A stretch of DNA of 64,000 nucleotides from an uncultured Gammaproteobacteria bacterium (GTDB lineage: Bacteria > Patescibacteriota > Microgenomatia > Levybacterales > GWA1-39-11): NCBI GenBank assembly GCA_964406795.1, contig CAYOTA010000001.1, positions 77,081-141,080 of the forward strand. Reading direction: 5' to 3'. Below, piece by piece: positions 1-9,679 of the stretch. Each line of letters opens with the position of its first letter. Position 1 is the first letter of the stretch. A program made the position numbers and the translations under genes. The notes beneath the pieces were generated by a model. It was not told the DNA's origin, searched no databases, and worked only from the letters and a program-made list of their open reading frames with translations.

Positions 1-1
1 T

Positions 2-451
2 ATTGAGGCAACGCGAAAAAGGAGACTGGAGAAAGAACCTGAGGGCTTTTTCCTTAATGATGGTAAGGGGCCTTATACCTGTGGACTTTGCGGCGAATTG
101 GCATATGGAAATGATATCTGGTGGAATTTAGATGGAATAAGGTGTAGAAACTGTTGGAAGAATATCAAGGAAGGAGTTATTCCTCCCTTAAAACATAGGT
201 ATGACAAAGATAAAATGTACTTTCAGGATTGGCAGATACAATCTGACTTTGGAGTACACCCTGCAACACGTACCAAATTAAAAAGAGAAGGACTACTAAA
301 AGGCAGAGATTTAAAAAATGACAAGGGTCAGGTTTATTACACTGTTTATTTAGTTTCAGAAAACCAAGAGTTTCTTAAAAAATATCCCAAGAAGAAATCT
401 GATATAAAGATGACGATCGCTGGATCTGGCGGAAAAGAAGTACAACTCTAA
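2..451 (+). CDS. Hypothetical zinc-ribbon protein, 5'-truncated by the window edge. The frame is open from position 2; the listed TTG at 98 is internal or an alternative start.
   Basis: Open frame with no stop from the window start; CxxC...CxxC cluster (CGLCGE...CRNCW); no recognisable catalytic motif. Confidence 0.35.
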   Translation: MEATRKRRLEKEPEGFFLNDGKGPYTCGLCGELAYGNDIWWNLDGIRCRNCWKNIKEGVIPPLKHRYDKDKMYFQDWQIQSDFGVHPATRTKLKREGLLKGRDLKNDKGQVYYTVYLVSENQEFLKKYPKKKSDIKMTIAGSGGKEVQL

Positions 452-462
452 AAAAACAGACT

Positions 463-1305
463 ATGGCATTTGAATTTAATGATCAACAGAAAAAAATAAT
501 AGCTGAATACCGTGAATTAATAACTTACGGATACAAAATGCTGAGCTCAGTTTCGTTAGATCTAAAAAAAATTAGAGTAAGGAAAAGGGTTCTATATTTC
601 ATGATGGGAGCGATGCAAAGCTATGCGGAAAGCATTTTGAAGCTTATGAGCTCAGAACCTGCCTATGAAAAACCTGATGAATCACTACTTAGATCTCAAT
701 TAGAAATATGGCTAAACCTCAGGTTCATCTATTCGAGTAGGTCTGAGGACAAAGCTAGATTATTTATGTCAGATTTGGTGATGGAATCAGTCACATTTGC
801 GAAGAAACATAAAGCCTTATGGGAGAAATACCCTGCCTGGAATTTAGAATTTGGAAAGATTAAGAAGTCCGATGATTGGGACAAGTTCATTTCTGACAAT
901 ACAGATCTTCTAAAGAAGTACCGCAAAGAACATAAAGACAAACAAGTTATGAAATTGCCCAGTTTATACGACAGAACTATAGCAATAGATAAACACCTCA
1001 AAAAACTTGGAACATTGACTGAGAACACGAGTGCTGAGAAATACTATACTCTTTTCTATCCTTACTTCTCGCAGTCCACTCACGCGAATATGTCTGGTTT
1101 GCAACGATATATGAGAGGGACTGCTGCCTCCCCAGAACCGTTCATAGACATAGATTCGAAACCAGAAGATGCTGAAAGAGTGTTGGTGATAAGCTATATG
1201 GCCTATTTCGATGTCCTCCACTTTTTCCTACAAGTGTTTGGCGTATACGACGCAGCTGAATATAAGCGATTCAAGCAGTATTCCAAGGGAATGATGAAGA
1301 AATAA
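463..1305 (+). CDS. Hypothetical protein, 280 aa
   Basis: Long ORF directly downstream of the previous CDS; AAAACAGACTATG start context; no family recognised. Confidence 0.45.
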   Translation: MAFEFNDQQKKIIAEYRELITYGYKMLSSVSLDLKKIRVRKRVLYFMMGAMQSYAESILKLMSSEPAYEKPDESLLRSQLEIWLNLRFIYSSRSEDKARLFMSDLVMESVTFAKKHKALWEKYPAWNLEFGKIKKSDDWDKFISDNTDLLKKYRKEHKDKQVMKLPSLYDRTIAIDKHLKKLGTLTENTSAEKYYTLFYPYFSQSTHANMSGLQRYMRGTAASPEPFIDIDSKPEDAERVLVISYMAYFDVLHFFLQVFGVYDAAEYKRFKQYSKGMMKK

Positions 1306-1419
1306 ATATATCAAACTACATCATTAGTTTTGAGACAATAGCCTCATGCGGTGTCTCATTTGTCTCATTTAGCCTCAAGCACGAGACAGTTGCTCCTGGG
1401 TGTTATAAGGAGGTAGAAT

Positions 1420-1800
1420 GTGAGTTATAGGGCCTATCTGGTTCCAGACCCGTATGGCTCACCCTTCGACAAGCTCAGGGTTTTACACCATAATAAGTGT
1501 ATGCTATGGTTTGTTTACATTCTTTTTTGCGATAAGAAAACATACTACATAGGCATCACTCATAACGTTGAACAAAGATTAAAATCCCATAACTCAAAAC
1601 AGAACATTGCCACTAAAGAGTTTTCTTATCTTGAACTAGTCTTTACAGAGGAGCACCCAACAAGAAGGGATGCTGAAAAACGCGAGAAACAAATTAAAGG
1701 GTGGACTGTTGCAAAAAAGAGAGCTCTCATTGGGGGTAACCTAGAGTTGTTAAAACAGTTGAGTATATTCCGGAGCGTGTCAAAGGATAATTCAGGATAA
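1420..1800 (+). CDS. GIY-YIG domain nuclease (UPF0213-like). The GTG start at 1420 follows the SD sequence AAGGAGG; ATG at 1501 is an alternative start.
   Basis: Motif VYILFCDKKTYYIGITHNVEQRLKSHN matches GIY-YIG (YxxxxxYIG...R...H). Confidence 0.6.
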   Translation: MSYRAYLVPDPYGSPFDKLRVLHHNKCMLWFVYILFCDKKTYYIGITHNVEQRLKSHNSKQNIATKEFSYLELVFTEEHPTRRDAEKREKQIKGWTVAKKRALIGGNLELLKQLSIFRSVSKDNSG

Positions 1801-1844
1801 AATGGTGAGCTTGTCGAATCCATTCCCGTGGGGTCACAAATTAA

Positions 1845-2315
1845 CTATTTGGGTTTTGCGTGAAGTAATTGCAGCACGGCCCTAAACACGGGATAATTCC
1901 CTTTTTCTGGAATATCAAAACCTGGAATAGGAAAAGTTCCAACTATCTGTTCCTTTGGTACAAACCTTGTCTCCTCTCGTTTACTGAAGTATTTTGTACC
2001 AGCTAAGTCATTGTTATGTAGAGGTATAAATACAACAATGGCCGGAGTAGTTTTAGGATCTGTCAAATCGACTTCTAAATATGGTGAGTTTTTTATTGCA
2101 GAAAATTTTGCCAACCCAATTGCAGTACTAAAGATTCTGCTTTCTTTCAATTGGCTTAAAAAAACAAATGGGTCGTTTATGTGATCTAGGTTCACATGAA
2201 CTGAGCATGGACTTCTTAGTCCACTCTCTTCTATACTTTTTGCTTTGTAAAGATTTGTCCCATGGATATCTACACCATTTTCAAGATACCGAGTATTTCT
2301 GCCTGCTTCCTTCAT
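1845..2315 (-). CDS. Hypothetical protein, 156 aa
   Basis: ORF only; no recognised motif. Confidence 0.35.
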   Translation of the reverse strand: MKEAGRNTRYLENGVDIHGTNLYKAKSIEESGLRSPCSVHVNLDHINDPFVFLSQLKESRIFSTAIGLAKFSAIKNSPYLEVDLTDPKTTPAIVVFIPLHNNDLAGTKYFSKREETRFVPKEQIVGTFPIPGFDIPEKGNYPVFRAVLQLLHAKPK

Positions 2316-2324
2316 GACTGAGAA

Positions 2325-3044
2325 TTATAATAAGGTTTTCTGAAACCAACTAGTAGCCAGTGACCTAAACTCTTCCCTCAATACATCTGTGTCTAGAGCA
2401 TGTGTCGCATCTTTCATCTCAATAAAATCTTTCATCTTTGCGTGTATAGGAGCATCAAAAAATGCTTGTGTCATTTTTGCTGGAATTACAAAATCTTTCT
2501 CTGAAGATATAACAAGCAAGCTTCCGGTAAACTTTTTAAGCCTTTTTATAACAAGTGTCTTGGAAATATTTTCCATTTTATTAAACTTTTCACCTTCCTC
2601 AGCCATTATATCCTTCAGCGTTAAACTCATAAGATAATCTGTGTAGGTCGCTGGCGCCCGCAGTACTAAGCTATGTGTGTTTCTTACTCCACTCACATAT
2701 GCTGATATTCCTCCACCAAAACTAGATCCACACATTCCAATCCTCTTTCTATCTATAAACTCATGCTGAACTAAAAAATCATATGCCTTCTCTCCATCTT
2801 GAAAACCATCTCTGACATGAAGCGTATTATTTTCCGATGCACCCTTCACATGACCTCTTAAATTAATAGCTAGAGCTACTATTCCTTTTTCAGCAAGTCT
2901 TTGAGCTAAAGGAAGATAGTTTTTTTCACTACTACCAAACCCATGAATTAAAATAACACCTGGGTTTTTCTTTTTTAATATTTTTGGAGTAATAAGCGTA
3001 CCCTGTATTTCTTGCCCACTAGTACCAAAGATTACCTTTTGCAT
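2325..3044 (-). CDS. Alpha/beta hydrolase (dienelactone hydrolase / S9 peptidase-like)
   Basis: VILIHGFG oxyanion region; GxSxG nucleophile elbow in MCGSSFGGG; C-terminal His region. Confidence 0.65.
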   Translation of the reverse strand: MQKVIFGTSGQEIQGTLITPKILKKKNPGVILIHGFGSSEKNYLPLAQRLAEKGIVALAINLRGHVKGASENNTLHVRDGFQDGEKAYDFLVQHEFIDRKRIGMCGSSFGGGISAYVSGVRNTHSLVLRAPATYTDYLMSLTLKDIMAEEGEKFNKMENISKTLVIKRLKKFTGSLLVISSEKDFVIPAKMTQAFFDAPIHAKMKDFIEMKDATHALDTDVLREEFRSLATSWFQKTLL

Positions 3045-3125
3045 TCTTTCATTATATCATCTGCTCTAAGTGGCTAACTGAAAAATCTTTAGAGGCGGGC
3101 GTGCATTTGTGTCACAGACTTTAAA

Positions 3126-4103
3126 TTATTGGTTTCGGGATTGGAGGTATTCAAGTAGGCCTTCGTGAAGATGTTTTTTACCATCCCAAACAACTATATT
3201 ATATCCCTCAGGAAATTCGTCAGGATTCTCTACTCTAAAATCTATTGACCTGACTTCTCTAGGTAATGCTTCACTCATATGCCTATCTGTACCTGTAAGA
3301 ACAGAAAATTTATCTCCCCAAATTTCAAAGTAATCTGGATTATTCAGATCTTCTTCCTGAATATTCAATGCTTTTCTTGTTTGTTCATTTTCTAGTGCAA
3401 ACCTAACGGATGTGGTTTTGGAAATTCCTTTTATTGCAAGATCTAATGCAAACATTCCACCTAACCTAGGCGTTACAGGAATAAGAGCCTCTTCAAGCAA
3501 TTTTCCTATTCTTTCCATGAAGGGTATTCTTAAATCAGCCATATCAAAATTTGGAATATTTTCTTTTAGCTTATTTATTTGGTCGTCAGAAAGATTATAA
3601 GAATTTACAAACTCTAATGTGATCTGTGGACCCCTATCTTCAAACATTACAACAAGAGGATTATCTCCATATTTTTCTTTGAATACTTTTAGTGGTTCCG
3701 GAGGATGTGTTTCAAGATGAAATTCTGTAATAACTTGCTGAACAATTTCTCGCCACTTATCTTTTTGCTCACTGGTTAATGACTCATCATAAACACTGTA
3801 GTAGGGCGTACTTAAAACTTCTCCTTGATCATCAAATCCCATGATTTCTGCCCCACTACAATGACTTATGAGAATATGTTTTCGTAAATTTAGGGGGAAT
3901 AAATCAGCCACTCTAGTTTTTAAACTAAGAAATCCAGACCCAGAAACAAGAAAGATTGATTTGTTCTCAGATAATAATTTTGATAGTTCTTGAATGGTTT
4001 CAAGAGGGGTAGGAACAAATAAATCAGCAATAGTTTCATCTACATCTGAGATTATTAGCCTTATATCATTATTGAATTTAACATTCATAAAACAATTATA
4101 CAC
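3126..4103 (-). CDS. HAD-superfamily hydrolase
   Basis: N-terminal DxDxT motif (ISDVDETI); length and layout typical of HAD IIB phosphatases. Confidence 0.55.
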   Translation of the reverse strand: MYNCFMNVKFNNDIRLIISDVDETIADLFVPTPLETIQELSKLLSENKSIFLVSGSGFLSLKTRVADLFPLNLRKHILISHCSGAEIMGFDDQGEVLSTPYYSVYDESLTSEQKDKWREIVQQVITEFHLETHPPEPLKVFKEKYGDNPLVVMFEDRGPQITLEFVNSYNLSDDQINKLKENIPNFDMADLRIPFMERIGKLLEEALIPVTPRLGGMFALDLAIKGISKTTSVRFALENEQTRKALNIQEEDLNNPDYFEIWGDKFSVLTGTDRHMSEALPREVRSIDFRVENPDEFPEGYNIVVWDGKKHLHEGLLEYLQSRNQ

Positions 4104-4273
4104 CGATTCTAATTCTTAATAGTATATAAATAACTTGCTGGTGGATAGTTTGGATTACAAAGCTTTCCTCGACTGCAATTATATTTGCTAATTTTTCCAT
4201 TTTTATAATTGTAACGTAATGTCTTACGACCCTCTTACCGAATTTTTATTCAACGGATACTTTTAAGTGTTTT

Positions 4274-4290
4274 AATTAACTAAGTTAATT
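4274..4290. promoter_or_regulatory. 17-bp palindrome AATTAACT-A-AGTTAATT. Putative MarR operator, copy 1, upstream of the CHRD protein gene.
   Basis: Perfect 8+1+8 inverted repeat; same core TTAACTAAGTTAA found at 8414..8426 and in reverse at 8945..8957. Confidence 0.45.
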
Positions 4291-4368
4291 ATTTTTCAAA
4301 AAATTCATCATCTTTCATAAATACAGAATTTATTACATTTAAGATTATTTGAAAGGAGGTGAAAAAAA

Positions 4369-5388
4369 ATGTTACATATTAAAACAAAACTAGCAACAGG
4401 GGTAATCACAAGTGCACTTTTATTTAGTGTAGTTACTCCCACATTTGCTGCAACAGAAATCAGAATATCCGGTAACGGATCTGGATCTGACAACACCGTT
4501 TCGGCAAACAAGAACTCTACAACTTCTGTACAACAGAGCAATAGTGCAACTATCAGCAATGATATGAGCACAAGCTCCAATACAGGGTCAAATAGGGCTT
4601 CTAACAATATTCGCGGCAATGTCAGGATTAATTCTGGTGACGCAGACTCTTCTGTCAAAATTTCCAACATGGCCAACATGAATCACGTAAGTGTGGGTGA
4701 TTGTAATGGTTGCAATGGGGATACGGATTTAAGAGTGTCAGGAAATGGATCAAGGTCAAATAACCGTATCAACTTAGATATGGATACTGACATGAGAGTG
4801 TCCCAGGATAACAGTTCACGCATTGATAATACTATCGATACAGAGAACAATTCTGGTGATAATCGTGCAGATAATAACTCCCGCGGAGATGTCATGATCA
4901 GAACAGGAGACACACGTTCAGCGATTCAGGTCTCAAATGATACAAACATGAATCATGTAAGTCTTGGCGGATCAGGAAATAGCGGAGAGAATAAAGGTTC
5001 AGACGGGAATGATCATATGAATCAAACCGGTCGTAAACTCAATGCTTCCCTGACCGGAGCACAAGAAGTTCCTGGCCCTGGAGATCCAGACGGAATGGGT
5101 TGGGCGAGCGTAAAAGCTCATCCAAAAAGTGGACAACTATGTGTTGCAATGCAGGTATCAAAAATTGATCCTGCCGCAGCAGCACACATCCATGAAGCAC
5201 CTAAAGGTGCATCTGGACCGGTAGTTGTAACTTTACCTACTCCAAACGCACAGGGATTTGCAAGCGGGTGTATAACAGTTGACAAAGAGTTACTGAAGGA
5301 AATAAAAAAGAACCCTTCTGACTATTACGTCAATGTTCACAACGCTCTATATCCTGCAGGCGCAGTTCGCGGACAATTGTCCAAATAG
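4369..5388 (+). CDS. Secreted protein with two ~140-aa internal repeats and a C-terminal CHRD domain
   Basis: Signal peptide ending AxA; duplicated block (R[IV]SGNGS...NMNHVS[VL]G); C-terminus LTGAQEVPGPGDPDG...AHIHEAPKGASGPVVVTL...YYVNVHNALYPAGAVRGQL matches CHRD. Confidence 0.65.
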   Translation: MLHIKTKLATGVITSALLFSVVTPTFAATEIRISGNGSGSDNTVSANKNSTTSVQQSNSATISNDMSTSSNTGSNRASNNIRGNVRINSGDADSSVKISNMANMNHVSVGDCNGCNGDTDLRVSGNGSRSNNRINLDMDTDMRVSQDNSSRIDNTIDTENNSGDNRADNNSRGDVMIRTGDTRSAIQVSNDTNMNHVSLGGSGNSGENKGSDGNDHMNQTGRKLNASLTGAQEVPGPGDPDGMGWASVKAHPKSGQLCVAMQVSKIDPAAAAHIHEAPKGASGPVVVTLPTPNAQGFASGCITVDKELLKEIKKNPSDYYVNVHNALYPAGAVRGQLSK

Positions 5389-5415
5389 TATCTCCGTAAG
5401 AGATATTTCTTCTTA

Positions 5416-5459
5416 GGATCCGCACGCATACAAGCGGCGGATCCGGGAAGCTATTTTTT
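5416..5459 (+). terminator. Putative rho-independent terminator after the CHRD gene
   Basis: GGATCCGC...GCGGATCC 8-bp perfect stem followed within 10 nt by TTTTTT. Confidence 0.4.
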
Positions 5460-5546
5460 AACTTGACACCATATTCCTCGTATTTAAAACCTACATTATT
5501 ATATAAAAAGCCTTTTTGTGATAAGATTTGATAAATTCACTGCAAA

Positions 5547-7244
5547 ATGAAATTATTAAATTTATACTATAAAAAGCTTGTTGTATTTGTATTAGTTGCT
5601 ACTTTTCTGCTGGCCCTTATTTTAAGACTCTATAGCCTTTCATCAATCCCCACTGGATTTCATATAGATGAAGCGTCCAAAGGATATACTGCATTCTCGA
5701 TTCTTAAAACAGGAAAAGATGACAATGGAAATATGTTTCCGCTTTATGTAGATATTTTTGGAGATAATAGTCCGTCTGGGTATCATGTACTAACTACTAT
5801 TCCCGTGGCAATATTTGGTCTCTCTGAATTTGCCGTACGCTTACCCGGAGCCATCATCGGGGCACTTTCTATTTTTGCAATATATTTCTTGTCTTACGCA
5901 CTATTTAAAAACAGAAAAGTTGCGGTTTTGAGTGCTTTCCTTCTTTCTGTATCCCCTTGGCATATTATTTTGTCACGTGCATCTAGCGAGTCACTAGTCG
6001 CATTATTTTTTATACTCCTGGGATTTGGTTACATAATAAATAGCCTAAGATCGGAAAAAATAAAAGAACTAGTGATAGGATGTGCACTACTTTCCTTAAG
6101 TTTCTTTTTCTATCAAACACCCCGCCTTTTTGTTCCGCTCATGTTTTTTTCTATACTCATATTTTATATAAAATTTTGGAGTTTAAAACTTTCAAAAAAA
6201 TTTATTAAAACGCTTATTTTTTCATTTTTAGCAATCTGTATACTAAATTTTTCGCTTATATTCATAGCCCCTGGAGGATCGGGAAGATTTGCCCAAGTAA
6301 ACATATTTACCTATCCTGAAACAAAACTAATATTGGATGAACAAATTCGGGAAGACGGAGTAATACAGACAAATAATCTAGTGACGCGCGCATTCCATAA
6401 TAAAGCAATAAACTTTCCGCGCTCATATATCTCCAATTATTTTGAATATTTCTCATTTAATTTTTTGTTTATTAATAATCTTCCACCCTGGTACTTTGTC
6501 CCCGGAGTTGGAGTTATGCACTTAATTTTTTTTCCGTTTATTTTATATGGACTGTTTTTATTGGCCCGTGACAATAACAAACTATATAGGATTCCTCTCA
6601 TTTGGCTTGTTATAGCCCCTGTGGCCGCTGCCACAGCTGTTGACACAAATAATTTACAAAGAGCAATAGTTTTATTTCCTATTTTGGAAATACTAGCAGC
6701 ATTCGGAATCCTGCATGTTTCTGAAAAGTTAAAAAAGATAAAGTTTGTATTTATATTATTTTTATCGATTGGAATACTATTTAGTGCATTTTATTTTCTT
6801 CATCAGTATTTTAACCATTCACCCATACACAAACCTTGGTATAGAAATGCAGGTTTTAAAGAAATGATGGAATACGTAAATATAAATTCTGGAAAATTTG
6901 AGACAGTTGTATTAACTAAAACAGGTGGTGGATATCCACTGGTCCAATTTTATGCGCAATACGATCCTGCTACTTATCAAAAGGAAGGATCGCCAAAAGA
7001 TAAACCATATGGCGGGTTTGGAAAATTCTTCTTTGTAGACCATGAATGTCCGTCACTTGAGATGGACAACAAGATTCCACAAAAAAAAGTTTTATTTATA
7101 AACAATGGAATTTGCAAAAAAGACATACGATATACAGAAGAAGTAATATACCGGACAGATAACACTCCAGCATTTAGAATAGTTAATACTAACAGTAAAT
7201 TATTACCTAACCCAGAAAAACTTGAACTGGATAGATATTTTTAA
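5547..7244 (+). CDS. Glycosyltransferase family 39 (PMT/ArnT-like) integral membrane protein
   Basis: Multi-TM N-terminus; first loop motif LRLYSLSSIPTGFHIDEASKGYTAF (DE motif of PMT/GT39); about 12 TM segments. Confidence 0.6.
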   Translation: MKLLNLYYKKLVVFVLVATFLLALILRLYSLSSIPTGFHIDEASKGYTAFSILKTGKDDNGNMFPLYVDIFGDNSPSGYHVLTTIPVAIFGLSEFAVRLPGAIIGALSIFAIYFLSYALFKNRKVAVLSAFLLSVSPWHIILSRASSESLVALFFILLGFGYIINSLRSEKIKELVIGCALLSLSFFFYQTPRLFVPLMFFSILIFYIKFWSLKLSKKFIKTLIFSFLAICILNFSLIFIAPGGSGRFAQVNIFTYPETKLILDEQIREDGVIQTNNLVTRAFHNKAINFPRSYISNYFEYFSFNFLFINNLPPWYFVPGVGVMHLIFFPFILYGLFLLARDNNKLYRIPLIWLVIAPVAAATAVDTNNLQRAIVLFPILEILAAFGILHVSEKLKKIKFVFILFLSIGILFSAFYFLHQYFNHSPIHKPWYRNAGFKEMMEYVNINSGKFETVVLTKTGGGYPLVQFYAQYDPATYQKEGSPKDKPYGGFGKFFFVDHECPSLEMDNKIPQKKVLFINNGICKKDIRYTEEVIYRTDNTPAFRIVNTNSKLLPNPEKLELDRYF

Positions 7245-7296
7245 AAGTTTATTGCAGTACTTGACGTATACATAAAGCCTACGATATGCTCAAAGT

Positions 7297-8031
7297 ATGA
7301 AATTATTATTTAGGCCAAAATCACAAACAAGCATAACATTTTTTTGCCTTACTCCTCTCGTGTCTTTTTCAACATTTGTGATCGAGTTTGCATTTGCGGT
7401 ATACGTGCTATACAAATATAAACCAACATCTTTTAGCAGACTTTGTGTGCTCGTCCTTCTCTGTTTAGGATTATTTCAACTTTCTGAATTTCTAGTCTGT
7501 ACTACTCCATATATAGATCTTTCAATAAAAATGGGGTATGTAGCAATTACTCTCTTACCAGCTCTAGGACTGCATATTATAAATACCTTAACCCATAGAT
7601 GGAGAACGTTAGTATATATATCTTATTCATGCGTGGCTTTACTCATAGCAGCTATTTTATTTATTCCACAAGTAGCCATTTTGCCCACTTGTAACCCCAA
7701 CTATGTCAGCTATGAAGTAAATTCAACTTTTTCATTCTTTCACTGGCTTTATTATGTAGTCGCAATGGTCATAGGTATAATTCTTTTGACATACTCACTA
7801 TTCAAACGTATAGGAGATAAGAAACAGGAGAAATGGATGATACTGTCATACTTAGTGTTTATTATTCCCTCTATCATTTTGTTATATGCAAATATCATAA
7901 CTAACACAGCGCTTCCATCAGTTATGTGCGGTTTTGCCGTCATAACTGCTGTGATATTTGTGTTTATTATTATTCCTAGACACTATTACTTAAAATCCAA
8001 ATTAAGAAAAAGTAAAAAAAAGAAACGATAA
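7297..8031 (+). CDS. Polytopic membrane protein, function unknown
   Basis: About 7 hydrophobic segments; basic C-terminal tail. Confidence 0.4.
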   Translation: MKLLFRPKSQTSITFFCLTPLVSFSTFVIEFAFAVYVLYKYKPTSFSRLCVLVLLCLGLFQLSEFLVCTTPYIDLSIKMGYVAITLLPALGLHIINTLTHRWRTLVYISYSCVALLIAAILFIPQVAILPTCNPNYVSYEVNSTFSFFHWLYYVVAMVIGIILLTYSLFKRIGDKKQEKWMILSYLVFIIPSIILLYANIITNTALPSVMCGFAVITAVIFVFIIIPRHYYLKSKLRKSKKKKR

Positions 8032-8035
8032 TGCT

Positions 8036-8377
8036 ATGACAGAAAGACAAACTGGATATACACTTTTGGGAATTGGAATTGCCATAATGTGCACTGCTGT
8101 GTTACTAGTTGTCTTGCTTTTTTCAGGAACTATAAATCCTATTTCTCTTTTTAATATTCCAGCCCCGTCTATTAACACAGGAGCTATGATGCCATCTATC
8201 CCCGGTTTGCCTGCAGCAAAAGGAGAAAATATAGAAATACTACCAACAAAAGTGTTTAATGACATGCTAAACCTTGGAGTTCAATTTTTACTTATGACGT
8301 TTATCATGTCCTTTGGTTTTAAACTTGCTGATTTAGGAACAAAACTACTTCGCCCAATCAAAATTGAGCAAAAGTAA
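8036..8377 (+). CDS. Small membrane protein
   Basis: Single N-terminal TM; immediately follows the previous gene. Confidence 0.3.
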   Translation: MTERQTGYTLLGIGIAIMCTAVLLVVLLFSGTINPISLFNIPAPSINTGAMMPSIPGLPAAKGENIEILPTKVFNDMLNLGVQFLLMTFIMSFGFKLADLGTKLLRPIKIEQK

Positions 8378-8411
8378 TATTCACTCTTTACTTTTTATAT
8401 ATTTGTGATAT

Positions 8412-8428
8412 ACTTAACTAAGTTAATT
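8412..8428. promoter_or_regulatory. Putative MarR operator, copy 2 (ACTTAACTAAGTTAATT), 10 bp upstream of the marR-like start
   Basis: Same palindromic core TTAACTAAGTTAA. Confidence 0.45.
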
Positions 8429-8437
8429 AAATAACAT

Positions 8438-8899
8438 ATGAATACAAGTTCAATTTTAAAAAGACTAAATATAAATACTGAATATCTAAACGCATACAGC
8501 GCAGGACTTCTTCAAGGAAAGGCGTATCGCACATTAAATTCTCACTTAACCAAAACGCTTATGCCTTTTGACCTCTCTATCCCAGAATGGAAATTACTAG
8601 GACAACTTCATGACCATGGAAATATGGGACTAGCTGAATTGGCCGATATACTCTCAGTAGAACCACCATTAATAACAAAACTTATAGATCACTTAGAGAA
8701 AAAAGGATATGTAGAACGTGTTCTTCACGAAACAGACAAAAGGTCAAAGATAATCATCATTACAAAAACTGGAGATAAGGCACTTATGGATCTAGAACCA
8801 AAAGTGAAAGAAGTTATGGGAACGTTAGTAAAAGGCGCATCTAAACTGGATATGCTTGCCTACGTTCGCGTACTTGAGACTATTGTAAACAATGGGTAA
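8438..8899 (+). CDS. MarR-family transcriptional regulator
   Basis: Winged-helix region LSIPEWKLLGQLHDHGNMGLAELADILSVEPPLITKLIDHLEKKGYVERV...DKRSKII typical of MarR. Confidence 0.8.
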   Translation: MNTSSILKRLNINTEYLNAYSAGLLQGKAYRTLNSHLTKTLMPFDLSIPEWKLLGQLHDHGNMGLAELADILSVEPPLITKLIDHLEKKGYVERVLHETDKRSKIIIITKTGDKALMDLEPKVKEVMGTLVKGASKLDMLAYVRVLETIVNNG

Positions 8900-8942
8900 G
8901 AAAGTACCCAACAGTATTGACATTATATTTTTTTTACGTAAT

Positions 8943-8959
8943 AATTAACTTAGTTAATA
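8943..8959. promoter_or_regulatory. Putative MarR operator, copy 3 (AATTAACTTAGTTAATA), upstream of the fasciclin gene
   Basis: Reverse-orientation copy of the same palindrome. Confidence 0.45.
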
Positions 8960-9006
8960 ATCTAATTAATAAAATAACTATATGAACAAACTATGTTTGA
9001 AGGGAG

Positions 9007-9612
9007 GTGAAAAAAATGAAAAATAGCGGAATGATAATAGCTATTGTAGCTGTAGTATTAGTTGTAGGGGTTGTTGCTTGGTTTGCCATGAATGGCAAAA
9101 CTGACAACAAGATGGTAACTACTCCAGCACAAAACAACACTATGATGGATCAAAATTCTTCTGAAGGCGTAATGGTTGGAGGAGCTCTCATGACTCCCGA
9201 TATGGATATCGTGGATAATGCAGTTAACTCTAAAGATCATACTACCGTAGTTGCAGCAGTTAAAGCAGCAGGACTTGTGGAAACATTAAAGGGCAAAGGC
9301 CCATTCACAGTTTTCGCGCCAGTTAACGAAGCATTTGAAAAACTTCCAGCGGGAACAGTGGACACGTTATTAATGCCAGAAAATAAAGAAAAATTAACTG
9401 GTGTTTTAACTTACCACGTTGTACCTGGAGCGTACCGTGCAGCAGACATCACTGAAGGGCTAAAATTAAAAACTGTCAATGGACAGGAAATAACTTTCAC
9501 TCAAAAGGATGAAATGTGGTACATAAATGACTCAGCAATGATAACGATTGCTGATGTTATATCAAGTAATGGGGTTACCCATGTAATTGATGGAGTTTTA
9601 CTACCAATGTAA
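9007..9612 (+). CDS. Fasciclin (FAS1) domain protein, membrane-anchored
   Basis: N-terminal TM; TVFAPVNEAFEKLP...LTYHVVPG...ITIADVISSNGVTHVIDGVLLP FAS1 signature. Confidence 0.8.
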   Translation: MKKMKNSGMIIAIVAVVLVVGVVAWFAMNGKTDNKMVTTPAQNNTMMDQNSSEGVMVGGALMTPDMDIVDNAVNSKDHTTVVAAVKAAGLVETLKGKGPFTVFAPVNEAFEKLPAGTVDTLLMPENKEKLTGVLTYHVVPGAYRAADITEGLKLKTVNGQEITFTQKDEMWYINDSAMITIADVISSNGVTHVIDGVLLPM

Positions 9613-9679
9613 ATTGGTGTTTAACACTGCGCCCGTTAAAATTTACGGACGCAGTAATTAAGCAAGGAGCATACAAATC

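Noticed and set aside
9626-9653. Imperfect hairpin after the fasciclin gene as a terminator
   Set aside because: 9/10-bp stem but no following T-tract. Not called.
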